Source: a virus
Reading direction: 5' to 3' (one strand)
DNA length: 64,000 bases
Virus record (IMG/VR): IMGVR_UViG_3300001765_000052
Under the pieces are notes generated by a model. The model had not been told where the DNA came from. It was given only the letters and a program-made list of their open reading frames with translations, and did no database searches. This document shows positions 9,084-20,317 of this stretch, one piece after another. Made by a program: the position numbers and the translations under genes. Position 1 is the stretch's first letter; each line of letters starts with the position of its first letter.

Positions 9084-12035
9084 TTATTTATTTACAGAAT
9101 GGTTAATATAAACTATCGTTATATCTTCTTCTACTACCATTTTGTTATCAGGTAAAAGTGTTAATTTTTTCTTAATGCTACAACTATTTGATTTATCGAG
9201 AATAGTGAAAGCCTTTAAATCTTTATTACCACTAATACCGTTTAACTCTACGTTAATAACATCGGAGTCATATTCTGTCATTAATTTACTCTCAATTGCA
9301 GAAACAGAAATAACAATATTTTTTAGTGCTTCATCTAATATTCTAATAGTCGATTTGCTAAGAGAATCTAGAAGTGATTGATTATTATAAGTTAATGTAT
9401 TTACATGTAATTTAACTAACAATGATTGTCCTGCAGGTATTGTTGCTTCAATCCCATTAAGTGTTAATACACGTATATCACCCAATGTAACTTTCGGGAA
9501 AAAGTATATTTTTGTTTGATCTAATAGTGTAGAATTAAATTTGATTAAATCAACAGTGATCCAATTTAACAGTGAATCCGTAATTGATTTAATATAATCA
9601 GTTACAACCGGGTCATTTGAAAAATAGTAAGCGCCATCAATTGTTAAGATATCAATATCTCTAATTAATTCTCTTTTATAGTTTTGGACAGGTATGGGTA
9701 GACCATATGAATCTGTCATAATTTCACCAATATTGTATTTAAAGACAGGTACCAAATTTTGATCTAAAATTGGGTCTCCTTTTGAATGCAATAAAACAAA
9801 AACCGGTTTACCATTTGTATCTAAGAGTATTTTACCATCTGTATCCAATTTAAATATAGATCCAGTTATAGGATCTTTTTCATAGACATCATTTTCATAA
9901 ACAGCTGGTATATTTGCAGTGTACCTTTGATACGGTATTTCTTCAACAAAACTTCTAGATTGTACCCATAGGTTATCTAATGAAAAACCAAATCTAATTT
10001 TAATTTTTTCGTGTGTTATACCTTTAGCATTTAATGGTAATTGGAATACACCTAGTTCATCATCTATTTGACTCCTAACCCAACCAGATGGCATAGTTTC
10101 AGTTGTAATAAAATAAACATCCATTTCTTGTAGCAACTGACTTTTTATTTCTAATGAACTAGAAATATATTCAAATGATCCTACATTCAAATAACCATAT
10201 GCATCAATATTAAAATTTGAATTAATTTCAAATTTAAACATTCTTTCTTTCGTGTTATCATCTACCCCAATAAGTGTACCCAACATATATGATTTTTCAA
10301 AATAATTTTTATAATTAAAACCAATTTGAACCATTACTTGGTTATCAAGTAAATTTTTATAAGTAGCTGATGATTTTACACTAAATGTTAACGTAAAACC
10401 ACTTTCAGTTTTCCTTACTGAATAAGCAGATGACATTGATACTTGTAGACCAGTACTTACATTTTCTTCTACGAAACTTTTTGTTTCTATAACTGGAGAA
10501 TCTAAATAATAAGGTCTAACTTCAAAAGTTTCACCACTGTAATCTAATATATAGTGAAATGGTGAATAAAAATAACTACCATTTGTTATTTTTGCACATT
10601 TTTGGGAACGTGGTAATTCATTGATATAATTATATTCTATTTTTGAAATAGGTTTAATAACACCATTGACGTTAGAGTATACTACATCTGGGGTTAATGT
10701 AATACTATCTGTATTAGATATCACACCATAACAATTAATAACTTCAGATATTTTAAATAATACGCTTGACATACTAGCAGATGCGGCTGTAATAATTTTT
10801 GTATCTGCTGGTTTAGGTAGATTACGTGTAGCCAAATATATACGATTTGTTACTGTGTCAATATTCCTAACTACTTCGTATCCGTTATCTTCAAGTGTAG
10901 TTTTTAATTGTATGTTTGTTACGGGTAAACTATGAACACCAATTGCATTTTGAATAACTCTACTCCTGAGCTCTAAGAAACCTAATGCGGATCTTCCACC
11001 AAATACATGTGTTGTTGAATATACAGCAATTGTTTTAAAACTACGAATAGGTGTTGTATAAGTATTATCGTCTACTTTATTAATGTTAAACCAATTTGCG
11101 TTAAAACTATCTAGGTTATAGTTACCCAATAACATATCGAGATAACCTTTAGTTTGGTATATATCTATGCGAAGTTTACCTTTTATCATATTTGTATTTA
11201 TATATATTACAGGTATAGATACTTTAACCAATTTATCTAAAACGGTAATAACTGCTGTAGGTGTATATATATCGTAGACTTGTTGAGTGTGTGTAGTTTG
11301 AATTTCGTTATATACGCCCAAACTATCTTGAATGTAGCATCTTGCATAATAAAAATCATCTTCTATAGCAATATCTGTTTTAAAACCACTTGCTGATGTA
11401 ATTTGATTGTAACTAGTTATAATACTAAATTGACTAGCCTCTACATCAAACTTTATATATTTTAAATTACTAGAATCAGTAATTTCTTCCCATTGTACTA
11501 TATTTGTAGACAAAGTTTGCAATGGGGACACTTGTGATGTATCGTAGACAATCTGTAAACCACCATGATTTAATAACCGAATATCAATTGGATACTGTAA
11601 ACTAAATACTACATCTGCAATTGTAAAATATGTATTTCTCGGTATTGTTATTTTACGTATACCTGTAATTGGTTCTAATACTAACTTTGGTAACAATTCA
11701 TCTTTAAGTAATATAATTGTAAATATTGCAGAAGACGGTGAAGCAAATCGACCTATATAATCTTTATCGCTCATATGTAAATACAAGTCTTCATCTGTAA
11801 GTGATGCAGATGGATAAAGTCGCCTGGTACTAGCTTCATTTTGTTGCATAAATGCAGCTGTATTTGTAGCTGTATTTTCCAAGCAAAATATAAATGGATT
11901 TGTAGGGTCCACTATATTTACTTCATCATTTGATGCAATTCTTAAAGCCTCCAGTGCGACTCTTTGTATCATAACCGGGTTAAATTTATATTTTTCAATA
12001 TCACCAATAACACTAGATATAGTTATGTCAGCCAT
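9084..12035 (-). CDS. Large virion structural protein (phiKZ gp87-like, probable baseplate)
   Basis: 983 aa; DPTNPFIFCLE..RRLYP..DLYLHMSDKDY motif recalled from phiKZ-like phages; synteny. Confidence 0.7.
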   Translation of the reverse strand: MADITISSVIGDIEKYKFNPVMIQRVALEALRIASNDEVNIVDPTNPFIFCLENTATNTAAFMQQNEASTRRLYPSASLTDEDLYLHMSDKDYIGRFASPSSAIFTIILLKDELLPKLVLEPITGIRKITIPRNTYFTIADVVFSLQYPIDIRLLNHGGLQIVYDTSQVSPLQTLSTNIVQWEEITDSSNLKYIKFDVEASQFSIITSYNQITSASGFKTDIAIEDDFYYARCYIQDSLGVYNEIQTTHTQQVYDIYTPTAVITVLDKLVKVSIPVIYINTNMIKGKLRIDIYQTKGYLDMLLGNYNLDSFNANWFNINKVDDNTYTTPIRSFKTIAVYSTTHVFGGRSALGFLELRSRVIQNAIGVHSLPVTNIQLKTTLEDNGYEVVRNIDTVTNRIYLATRNLPKPADTKIITAASASMSSVLFKISEVINCYGVISNTDSITLTPDVVYSNVNGVIKPISKIEYNYINELPRSQKCAKITNGSYFYSPFHYILDYSGETFEVRPYYLDSPVIETKSFVEENVSTGLQVSMSSAYSVRKTESGFTLTFSVKSSATYKNLLDNQVMVQIGFNYKNYFEKSYMLGTLIGVDDNTKERMFKFEINSNFNIDAYGYLNVGSFEYISSSLEIKSQLLQEMDVYFITTETMPSGWVRSQIDDELGVFQLPLNAKGITHEKIKIRFGFSLDNLWVQSRSFVEEIPYQRYTANIPAVYENDVYEKDPITGSIFKLDTDGKILLDTNGKPVFVLLHSKGDPILDQNLVPVFKYNIGEIMTDSYGLPIPVQNYKRELIRDIDILTIDGAYYFSNDPVVTDYIKSITDSLLNWITVDLIKFNSTLLDQTKIYFFPKVTLGDIRVLTLNGIEATIPAGQSLLVKLHVNTLTYNNQSLLDSLSKSTIRILDEALKNIVISVSAIESKLMTEYDSDVINVELNGISGNKDLKAFTILDKSNSCSIKKKLTLLPDNKMVVEEDITIVYINHSVNK

Positions 12036-12052
12036 TTTTTAAACCTTTTATT

Positions 12053-13093
12053 TTATACTGTTAAATTAATTGAAGATGAATGTCGTTTATAATTATCTGT
12101 AACATTCTCGTAATCACTAGAAAACACGTACCATTCTAATTCATAACCTTTTGTATCTATTCGAGGGTAACCTTTAAAATTAAATAGATGTAAAAAGCTG
12201 GAATCTACTTTTATTAGATCCGATCTTTTACGCATGCTTGGGTTGAATATTTCAACAACCGTGTTGAATTCATGAATAATAATATCATCTTGGTAACACG
12301 CCCCAACACATTTAAAATTAATAGTAATATCTTTATTTGTTTGATTAACTGGTTCCTCACTCTCAAAATTAAATGCAGCCCCCATTGGTATAGAGTATGG
12401 ATAAGCTGCACCAGTACAACCAATTTTTTGCACATATTTTTTATTTGAATCTAGTACTAATCTGTATATCCTAGTTTGATAATCGATTTCATTTTTAATA
12501 ATAAAATCAGGATAAGGAACTAAAATACCTTGAAACACTAAAGATTGATATAAAGTCCATGTATGAAATAAAGAAGTAATTGGATCTGATACCATGTTCC
12601 TAAAGTTAGCCGTTATATCGTATGACGAGTAAATGTCAGCTGTACTGTCTACTTGAGTAAAAACTTCCTTATATGCACCCGGTTTACTTTGATATGTATC
12701 TATTGCTATATCTGGCCAACCACTGCAAGATAATAAGTGATTCGTTAGTAAAGGTATAAAAGCACACATCGGATCCACAAATGGGGATTTAACACTCGAT
12801 GTATCATTATTTAATCTTGGGTCTAGATAACATCGTATTATTCTTTGTATACTTTCGGCTTTTGTATTAAGTAATGGTATAAATTTTCTATGTGATCGAA
12901 TATTTCCAGAATTTAAATTTAACTGTGGTCTAGTAAAAAAAGTTAAACCATAATAATCTTTATTAATTGGTACTGGACCAGGTTGTTGTCTATGGTCTAT
13001 TCCATAAAAAACATTACCTATAGCACGATCAAGTGTGCCCAACTGTGTGGACTTAAATATATCGTCTAATGTAGTATTTATTAGTTTTGACAT
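12053..13093 (-). CDS. Virion structural protein (phiKZ gp88-like, tube/baseplate related)
   Basis: GLTFFTRPQLNL, NEIDYQTRIYRLVLD; synteny. Confidence 0.7.
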   Translation of the reverse strand: MSKLINTTLDDIFKSTQLGTLDRAIGNVFYGIDHRQQPGPVPINKDYYGLTFFTRPQLNLNSGNIRSHRKFIPLLNTKAESIQRIIRCYLDPRLNNDTSSVKSPFVDPMCAFIPLLTNHLLSCSGWPDIAIDTYQSKPGAYKEVFTQVDSTADIYSSYDITANFRNMVSDPITSLFHTWTLYQSLVFQGILVPYPDFIIKNEIDYQTRIYRLVLDSNKKYVQKIGCTGAAYPYSIPMGAAFNFESEEPVNQTNKDITINFKCVGACYQDDIIIHEFNTVVEIFNPSMRKRSDLIKVDSSFLHLFNFKGYPRIDTKGYELEWYVFSSDYENVTDNYKRHSSSINLTV

Positions 13094-13127
13094 TTTTTAA
13101 ACATTTTCTATTTTAAGGATAATTTAT

Positions 13128-14240
13128 ATGGACCCAATGACAGCTGCAACCGGTGCGATCACTATTGCAAACCAGATATATAAAAACAGAGATTCAATTT
13201 CTAGCGCCGCAAAAAGTGTTACAAAATCGTCACTTATTGACATCTCAAAAATGGCACGTGTTGAACCAATTTGTTTAGTAGATGCAGACGTAGTAAATTT
13301 AGAATATATAGTAGATATAATGCAATCATTGCAATCTATGTTTTCGGGTTATTATTTACAAGCAATTGCATTAACAGGTAACGTCGGAAACATAAATGTT
13401 TCAAAAATACTAGAGCCTCTCAATCCAAATCGAGGTAATATCTTTGATTTTGAATGTTTAAAACCTGATATTAGGTTATCACAAGAGTCTTATAGATACC
13501 GTCTTCCGACTAGAAAAAATATTTTAGCTATTACATTAGAATCAAATAATGTAGAAAACTCAACATCAACCGATGTAACAAAATCCATTTCAGAAATGAA
13601 TAATCTTAGTGTAGGTAAATTGTACGATGTTACACTTAGTGACGGACAAAAACAAAATGACATTAAAATTAAAGTAGCTATTCGTTTAATGGTTAATAGG
13701 ATATCAACTAATGTTATGGTTAATTTATTAACATTTAAAGACCAATTTGACATGGATATGAAGGAACGATATCATGCATGGCGTGCTGGTAGACTAGGTT
13801 TTATTAAAGATTTAATTCTTTGTAAGGATCTTATAGACAAACATCGTTCCACTTTAATAAAAGATAAATCTGGAATTTACGAGCAAATTATTAATCGAGA
13901 AAACAATAATTTCAGAGCTGGTTTATTTACTCAAAACCCTTCACTCGCAACTGCATCAAATCTGGTTGTCACTTCTAGTGATACTATCGCACTTATTGAA
14001 CAAAAGATTGGGGCTAAATTTTCTAATTATAAAACACGGCAACAAATATTCGATAATACTAATTTAATGATTATGGCTGTTGTTCATAAAGATTGGGAGA
14101 GGGTTATTTTTTATCACCGTGGTATTCATGAAAGTAGTGAAGTAAGCATTAAAGATATAAAAGTATCTAATAAAAACAATGGTCCAGATATCGGGGATAT
14201 TCTAAAAGCATATAGCGCTGGTGCAGGTCCAAGTCTTTGA
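13128..14240 (+). CDS. Virion head protein (phiKZ gp89-like)
   Basis: ARVEPICLVD, NLSVGKL, KERYHAWRAG; TLE/SQE protease-type sites. Confidence 0.7.
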   Translation: MDPMTAATGAITIANQIYKNRDSISSAAKSVTKSSLIDISKMARVEPICLVDADVVNLEYIVDIMQSLQSMFSGYYLQAIALTGNVGNINVSKILEPLNPNRGNIFDFECLKPDIRLSQESYRYRLPTRKNILAITLESNNVENSTSTDVTKSISEMNNLSVGKLYDVTLSDGQKQNDIKIKVAIRLMVNRISTNVMVNLLTFKDQFDMDMKERYHAWRAGRLGFIKDLILCKDLIDKHRSTLIKDKSGIYEQIINRENNNFRAGLFTQNPSLATASNLVVTSSDTIALIEQKIGAKFSNYKTRQQIFDNTNLMIMAVVHKDWERVIFYHRGIHESSEVSIKDIKVSNKNNGPDIGDILKAYSAGAGPSL

Positions 14241-14261
14241 GTTTAAAAATAAAGGTAAAAA

Positions 14262-15197
14262 ATGAAATTTCTAGATTATATTAAATCATTAATGTCAGTA
14301 TTCAGTAAAGACGATATTGTCAAAAGCTGTGAACTTACACAAAGTAGTTTATCTCAGCACACAATACCGGCATATGCTGCTGCAGTTGAACTGTGGAAAG
14401 GTAAAAAATTTAAATCATCTGAAATCAGAGATTATGTCGCTTATTACGAGAGATCAGTTGGTGTTAACCGAACTGAGAATATGGTCGGATCTATACACAA
14501 TGCTTTGGTAAACTCATTAAATATATTAAATGCACTAGCTGATGATAGTAAAGTCACATATTCAGAAAAAGAAGCTAATATTAGCATGACTTACCTGAAA
14601 GTGACAACACTTAGAATTATTGAAGCAGCTGAATATGCTAATACATATTCCAGATGTCTTTTAAACTATATTTATTATCTTGAAACTATTGAAGTTAATG
14701 GTGACAAAAAACCAGATGATATTACCCCTGAAGAAGAAGCTCAAGCATATTATTCAGGTCTATCTCCTGCTGAAATAAAATGGCTTAAAGATGGTTTAAT
14801 GGATTTTTGTCTATGTATAAAAGTCATGAGTATGGATGTGAGTGTTATACGTAAACACCTTGAAAATTTACCAAACGCAAATATTACTGAACTAACGGAA
14901 AAAACATTCTCGACTACGATTGGTACTGGCAAACTAGATCCGTTTGAACTAAGACATTTTAGTGCAAAAGTAAATCCATTTTATTTATACGGAATGTTTA
15001 AAGCTGAAAAACAAGCAAAAAAATATAAAGCGGCTAAAACACAAGTAGAACTAATTCAACTCAGAAAATATAATTTAGAAAAACAATACAATAAAGAACC
15101 TGATGCTAAATTGGAAAAAGAAATAGCTTATATGCAAAATCGTTTATCTGGTTTAATTTTTGAAGTTGAGGAAATGGAAAAAGAATATGTCAGATAA
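14262..15197 (+). CDS. Virion head protein (phiKZ gp90-like)
   Basis: Synteny; NPFYLYG and C-terminal coiled coil. Confidence 0.6.
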   Translation: MKFLDYIKSLMSVFSKDDIVKSCELTQSSLSQHTIPAYAAAVELWKGKKFKSSEIRDYVAYYERSVGVNRTENMVGSIHNALVNSLNILNALADDSKVTYSEKEANISMTYLKVTTLRIIEAAEYANTYSRCLLNYIYYLETIEVNGDKKPDDITPEEEAQAYYSGLSPAEIKWLKDGLMDFCLCIKVMSMDVSVIRKHLENLPNANITELTEKTFSTTIGTGKLDPFELRHFSAKVNPFYLYGMFKAEKQAKKYKAAKTQVELIQLRKYNLEKQYNKEPDAKLEKEIAYMQNRLSGLIFEVEEMEKEYVR

Positions 15198-15774
15198 TCA
15201 ATTGAAAATTTATCCAAGTGGGTTTTATGGTTCTAGCACAAACCCACAAACATTGCCATTGGATTTGATTAGTAAAGCTAAACAATTATTTAATAATGCA
15301 TTAATAACAAAAGTAAGTCCGTATACAGCAAGCTTAGATGTTATTGAATTATGGTCCACAGTTATTAATGATGAACCGGAATATAGTACATTTGAGTTCA
15401 AAGAAAATATTATTAAATGTGCATTATCTGTATTTGGTACAGAGAAATTAATTGATTGGATTGAAGCTCAACTTAATAGTCCTGAATATAGTGATAAACA
15501 TGCAAAATGGATTGATGAAACATTAAATTTTGTATTTAGTTCTAAGGTAAGAGATTTGAGCCACAATAATTGGATTACTTTATTAACAGCTGGAAATAAT
15601 ATTAGAATAAAATCTAATTATAGCGATACTGTAAAATATTATTTATTTAACAGAGGTATTCTAGAAAATAAATGTAATATGACCATTCGTAGTTTTATAC
15701 TATCTTGGGTAAGAAACACTGATGGAATAAATGATTTAATGGCATCTTTAAATGTACTATATGGTAAACGTTAA
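15187..15774 (+). CDS. Hypothetical structural-block protein
   Basis: Start MSDNQ overlapping the upstream stop (track start 15160). Confidence 0.6.
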   Translation: MSDNQLKIYPSGFYGSSTNPQTLPLDLISKAKQLFNNALITKVSPYTASLDVIELWSTVINDEPEYSTFEFKENIIKCALSVFGTEKLIDWIEAQLNSPEYSDKHAKWIDETLNFVFSSKVRDLSHNNWITLLTAGNNIRIKSNYSDTVKYYLFNRGILENKCNMTIRSFILSWVRNTDGINDLMASLNVLYGKR

Positions 15775-15790
15775 AGGAGATTAAATTAAT

Positions 15791-17311
15791 ATGAAACTTA
15801 AGCCTTTATTGTTAGACATTGAACAGAATGAAGCTAACAAAGAAATAAATGAAATAGAAAATACAGGCTCATTAATACAACCAATTGAAACAGATAGTGA
15901 TTACGGAGACCTTTTAGCGTCCGATGAAAAAGGTATTATTTTATCAGAACAAATAAATAATGAAATAGATGCTGATGTGGCACTGGAAACTATAAGTAAT
16001 TATTTAAAACAATCTTCCGTTAATAGTATATACGATAAACATACATTGAATATGACCAATGTTGCTATTGAGGCTATTTATAATAGAGTTAATATTAGAG
16101 CAGAAAACCTTACGTTTTCAATGGAAAATTATTCGAGTGATCCGAAAGAAACTATTCGTTTAGCATTGGAAGATATTAAAGAAAAAGCGGCTGCACTTTG
16201 GTTAGCAGTTAAAGAAAAAATTACATTGCTTGCTAAGTTCCTTGGTGAAAAGATGAATTATTTTAAACGTAATTTATCAAATATGAGAGCAAACGTAGTT
16301 AGATTAGAAAAAATTCTAGGTACAATTGATCGATCAGAACAGGCTAAATCAAAATACCTTAAACCTCAAAACTGGTTTATAGACTTGATGTATTCCGACA
16401 AAGGGATGCCAATTGGATTAACTGGTATCGGAAAAGCCATAGAAGACCTTATACACAGTCATCGTAAAATGGCTACAACCAGTGTAAACAAGTATACTAA
16501 GTGGCTTTTAGCTAATTATAAACAAGCGCAATCCGATAGTAAAGCTTTTGGTACATTAAAAATAAGCCCATCTGAATTTATACTACAGGGATCTTCTGAA
16601 TTTAATCGATCTATTGGGCTTAAGCGGCCACTTGGGGATAATGTATTTTACAGAGGGAAAGAGCTTCCAGGTAACAAAGCTTTTTATACCCAAGTGAGAC
16701 CTAAAGATAAAATAGGGATATCGTCTATTGGTACAATCGCGGATGTTGGATTTGGTATATACGATTATGACCCACAAAGTTATAGATTAAATAGGTTAAA
16801 TTTATATAATATATCCAAAATAAGTACAATAAGTTGGGTAGCTTCAATGGTGTTAACTTTTCCACTAATTGGTGTAACAGTAGGCGCAAGTGTAGCGTCT
16901 TTAGGTCCTGCTTTGTATGCAATTTATAAAAGTTCTGCTATTGCAGAAACCGGAAATAATGTTCGAATTGATAAGAGTATGGTTTTTGAAACACTTACTA
17001 TTGATCAAATTAAGAATGTGTTAAATGAAGTAAACAAAGGTATCAAAGAGTTACATAATTGGCACAATGATGTTTTTGAAAACAACTGGAAGAAACCTGA
17101 ACTTGATAGTATTATTAACAATATAACTGGGTTAGATAGAATTGAAGTTAATAACAATTCTAGTTTCCGGGCATTGAAAAGATATTGTATGGCACTATTA
17201 AATCTAATGAATTCAACTACTATCGGTGTTCATGCTTATGCATTTAAAACGTATGGTGCAATGATAAATTACGCAGATAAATCACTTAAACAGTATAAAC
17301 CTAAGGAATAA
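15791..17311 (+). CDS. Internal head (inner-body) protein paralogue, phiKZ gp93-97-like
   Basis: Acidic N-terminal propeptide with ALE/SME sites; ALEDIKEKAAALW. Confidence 0.7.
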   Translation: MKLKPLLLDIEQNEANKEINEIENTGSLIQPIETDSDYGDLLASDEKGIILSEQINNEIDADVALETISNYLKQSSVNSIYDKHTLNMTNVAIEAIYNRVNIRAENLTFSMENYSSDPKETIRLALEDIKEKAAALWLAVKEKITLLAKFLGEKMNYFKRNLSNMRANVVRLEKILGTIDRSEQAKSKYLKPQNWFIDLMYSDKGMPIGLTGIGKAIEDLIHSHRKMATTSVNKYTKWLLANYKQAQSDSKAFGTLKISPSEFILQGSSEFNRSIGLKRPLGDNVFYRGKELPGNKAFYTQVRPKDKIGISSIGTIADVGFGIYDYDPQSYRLNRLNLYNISKISTISWVASMVLTFPLIGVTVGASVASLGPALYAIYKSSAIAETGNNVRIDKSMVFETLTIDQIKNVLNEVNKGIKELHNWHNDVFENNWKKPELDSIINNITGLDRIEVNNNSSFRALKRYCMALLNLMNSTTIGVHAYAFKTYGAMINYADKSLKQYKPKE

Positions 17312-17315
17312 AAAT

Positions 17316-18836
17316 ATGAGTAGATTATATCTTTCGTTTGAAGATGATTCTAACGATGAAAATTATGAAACAGATGAAACTATTGAAAAAGAAACTGGTG
17401 AAACTGAAGACACTGAAATCAAAGAAGAACTGGTCATTGGTGAATTAAATGTCGACGATGTACACGAAGAAAAAATCGAAAAGTTAAACGAAGAAAATGA
17501 TATTAAAAGAGAAAGTGTAGATGATGCTCTAACTAGCACTACTGATTTAGCAGCTGTCGCAGAAGCATTATTTCTTGCTATAGAAAAAAATGGCCATGTT
17601 GATCACACTTCCGTATCCATTGCATCAATTATTCTAGAGTCACATAAAACTAGAATGGGTTTTAAAAAAAAGAAACCAATAATTACACTAGAGAATTTTA
17701 ATTTAAACAAAAATAATAATTCTAGAATAATTCTAGAAGATATTAAAGATGTGCTAAAGACAGTATGGGATGTTATTATTAGAGCCATTAAATCTTCTAT
17801 CGAATGGCTAAAAAGATTCTTTAGTCATTTGATTTATCAATTAGAAGATAAAACTGAAACCATTAAAAAGCTATCTACAAACATACTCAAACAAAGAAAC
17901 GATTATAAATCTAATGCTAAGAGTAGCAATGGAGTTAATAAGTCAGGCGATAAGCTATGGGAAAACAAGAAATACCATTTTGATAGAAGCAAATATTTAC
18001 TTTGTCCAATTATAGCTCGTATGTTTACGGTCGGCGATGACGTGATTAAGAGCGGTGAATTTGTAAGTGAATTCACGGAAATATCTTGGTTGGTTAATCC
18101 GAGTAAATCGAGCTATCAAAAAAGTTCAGAGATCTTTAACAACATGTTTGATAAAACATTTACTGGGACAGTTAAAGAAATTGTACAAAGTCAAATAGAT
18201 GGTACTGCGCTTAATAAAAAATTAAACTTTGATCCATATGACCTTATTTTAGATGAACATAATTTTATAGTAGAAACTTCTTTTTATGATAAACCAGTTA
18301 AAGCTGGAAATGTGTTCTATATAAGAAAACCATATCTAGGAAACTTTGTAATAGCTTATGAATTTAACAAGTGTTATCCAGCTGGGCAAGGACCAACTCT
18401 AAACAATGATCAGGTGTTAGAAAACATAAAGTCATGGGATATCCAAACATCAAGTGTAGCAGCAAAGAAATCAAATGATGGTTTTATCGAGTACCTTGAA
18501 GACGATATAATTGAAAATACAACTGATGTTGTATTATCGATTTTAGATGATCTTGGGAAATATCAGAAGTCACTAGATAAAATAGATACCTTTAAAAAAG
18601 ACATAACTGATATCGCTTCATTTGCGCGCTCCGCTCCTGAGAATAAAAATGGTTCACCGAATATGGTTACAACTAATTTAGTCATTGCTGCAATGACTAA
18701 TATTGTTGGATTAATGGATAAAAGCAGTGCTAAGTTTAACACTTATGCGATAGATCAATGTAATGCATGGTGCGAATTGTTAGAAGAAATATACAAAAAA
18801 GAAAAAGAAATCGCTGATGATAAACCAACAACTTAA
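17316..18836 (+). CDS. Internal head protein paralogue
   Basis: Acidic propeptide with xLE sites; LEDIKDVLKTVWDVII. Confidence 0.7.
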   Translation: MSRLYLSFEDDSNDENYETDETIEKETGETEDTEIKEELVIGELNVDDVHEEKIEKLNEENDIKRESVDDALTSTTDLAAVAEALFLAIEKNGHVDHTSVSIASIILESHKTRMGFKKKKPIITLENFNLNKNNNSRIILEDIKDVLKTVWDVIIRAIKSSIEWLKRFFSHLIYQLEDKTETIKKLSTNILKQRNDYKSNAKSSNGVNKSGDKLWENKKYHFDRSKYLLCPIIARMFTVGDDVIKSGEFVSEFTEISWLVNPSKSSYQKSSEIFNNMFDKTFTGTVKEIVQSQIDGTALNKKLNFDPYDLILDEHNFIVETSFYDKPVKAGNVFYIRKPYLGNFVIAYEFNKCYPAGQGPTLNNDQVLENIKSWDIQTSSVAAKKSNDGFIEYLEDDIIENTTDVVLSILDDLGKYQKSLDKIDTFKKDITDIASFARSAPENKNGSPNMVTTNLVIAAMTNIVGLMDKSSAKFNTYAIDQCNAWCELLEEIYKKEKEIADDKPTT

Positions 18837-18885
18837 AAATACAATACTTAATATTAAGTTATTATTGTAGGTAATCACCTCAATA

Positions 18886-18990
18886 ATATGCTAGATAAAG
18901 CATTTACGTAAATTTTCTTTATATTGTTTTGGAGTATTTAAAATGGCTAGAATTGCAATTATGGCATTAGAGGGTATAGAAGAAGAAGAA
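18886..18990 (+). repeat. Direct repeat copy 1 (5' leader + first codons), copy 2 at about 20258..20365
   Basis: TATGCTAGATAAAGCATTTACGTAAATTTT...ATATTGTTTTGGAGTA...ATGGCTAGAATTGCAATTATGGCATTAGA in both. Confidence 0.9.
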
Positions 18991-20172
18991 GTGGTCGAAG
19001 TGGAAGACACTTCTGTTGATACAACAGAAGTCGATGAAGTATCAACAGAGATTGAAGATAAATCGGAAACTATCGATGAAGCCACTGAAATAAGCGACAC
19101 CATGGGTGAAATGGCAGATGTTTTAGAAACACCAGCTGTCGGTACAGATGAACCAGCACCAGAAACATCTGGCACTGAAGAAGGCGCACCTCCGGACGTT
19201 GCTGTAGATGAAACACCAGTGGAAGCTAAAGAAGTGTCACCAGAAACCGCAGAAGTAGTTAAGATTGCTACCGAGCATTTTCTAAAGCGTCTAGGCTACA
19301 AAAAGCGTAGTATGACATATGCTTTAGAATCATACGGTACATCTAAGTCAGCTAACAAAGAAACCATTAAACAAATTCGCATTGCTCAAGAAGAGATTCA
19401 AAAACGTATCACTATTGCACAAGAAGGTATCTTAGATAGCATTAAGAATAAAATCGACATGATTTTAACAAATAATGATAAATTAGTTACCAGATTAAAT
19501 GCAGTTAGTTCAGCTTATGATTCTAATGGATTAGGTACGGAACCTATTAAGGCACCAGCGTTTGGTAAGTATCTAAACATTTCAAGTAAAGCAAGCGTCA
19601 CGGGTTCCGACGTTTTAAGTATTTACAAAAATGTCACAAAGAACGTTAACAATAAGGAACTTATTAATGCCTTAACTAGCGCGACAGCCGGAATGGAAAA
19701 TATTACAAAAGCAATTAAAGGATCAACTTTTATTGCATTAAAGGCTGATGTAGATAAGACTGTTGAAGCAGCGAGAGTTGTTACTGGTATAGCAAGCGAT
19801 ATGGAAGGAACATTTCATACTAAAAGTAAAGGCATTTACGATGGTGATTTTGAACCAATATCAAAAAGCGACAAACAGAAACTTTCTGCAACAATACTAA
19901 GTCTACTAGAAAGTAAAGAACTTAAAACTTCTGTTAAACTACTTAAAGATGCAATATCGAGCAACACGTGGACTACTTTTATACAAACTAAATTTACGCG
20001 TGTTATGAGCACTAGTACCGCAGATATTGATAGTTCTAAAAATGCTATTAATAGTATAAACAATCTGGCACGCGAAGTTTCAAATATTCTAAAAAATCAG
20101 CACGATGTTTGTCATGCTGGTATTGAATACATCAAAGCATCTACTAATAAAAAAGCACCAGTAGCTGCTTAA
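18943..20172 (+). CDS. Internal head protein paralogue
   Basis: MALE, ATE, ALE, AQE sites in an acidic propeptide. Confidence 0.7.
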   Translation: MARIAIMALEGIEEEEVVEVEDTSVDTTEVDEVSTEIEDKSETIDEATEISDTMGEMADVLETPAVGTDEPAPETSGTEEGAPPDVAVDETPVEAKEVSPETAEVVKIATEHFLKRLGYKKRSMTYALESYGTSKSANKETIKQIRIAQEEIQKRITIAQEGILDSIKNKIDMILTNNDKLVTRLNAVSSAYDSNGLGTEPIKAPAFGKYLNISSKASVTGSDVLSIYKNVTKNVNNKELINALTSATAGMENITKAIKGSTFIALKADVDKTVEAARVVTGIASDMEGTFHTKSKGIYDGDFEPISKSDKQKLSATILSLLESKELKTSVKLLKDAISSNTWTTFIQTKFTRVMSTSTADIDSSKNAINSINNLAREVSNILKNQHDVCHAGIEYIKASTNKKAPVAA

Positions 20173-20200
20173 TCTGAAATAGAAATAACTGCTGTAAATA

Positions 20201-20250
20201 TAATACTGCCTACGATAACAGCTTAACTGCTGTTATCGTAGGCAGTATTA
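20201..20250. terminator. Inverted repeat between head paralogues
   Basis: TAATACTGCCTACGATAACAGC/GCTGTTATCGTAGGCAGTATTA. Confidence 0.75.
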
Positions 20251-20317
20251 ATCTATTATATGCTAGATAAAGCATTTACGTAAATTTTTTATTTGATATT
20301 GTTTTGGAGTAATTATT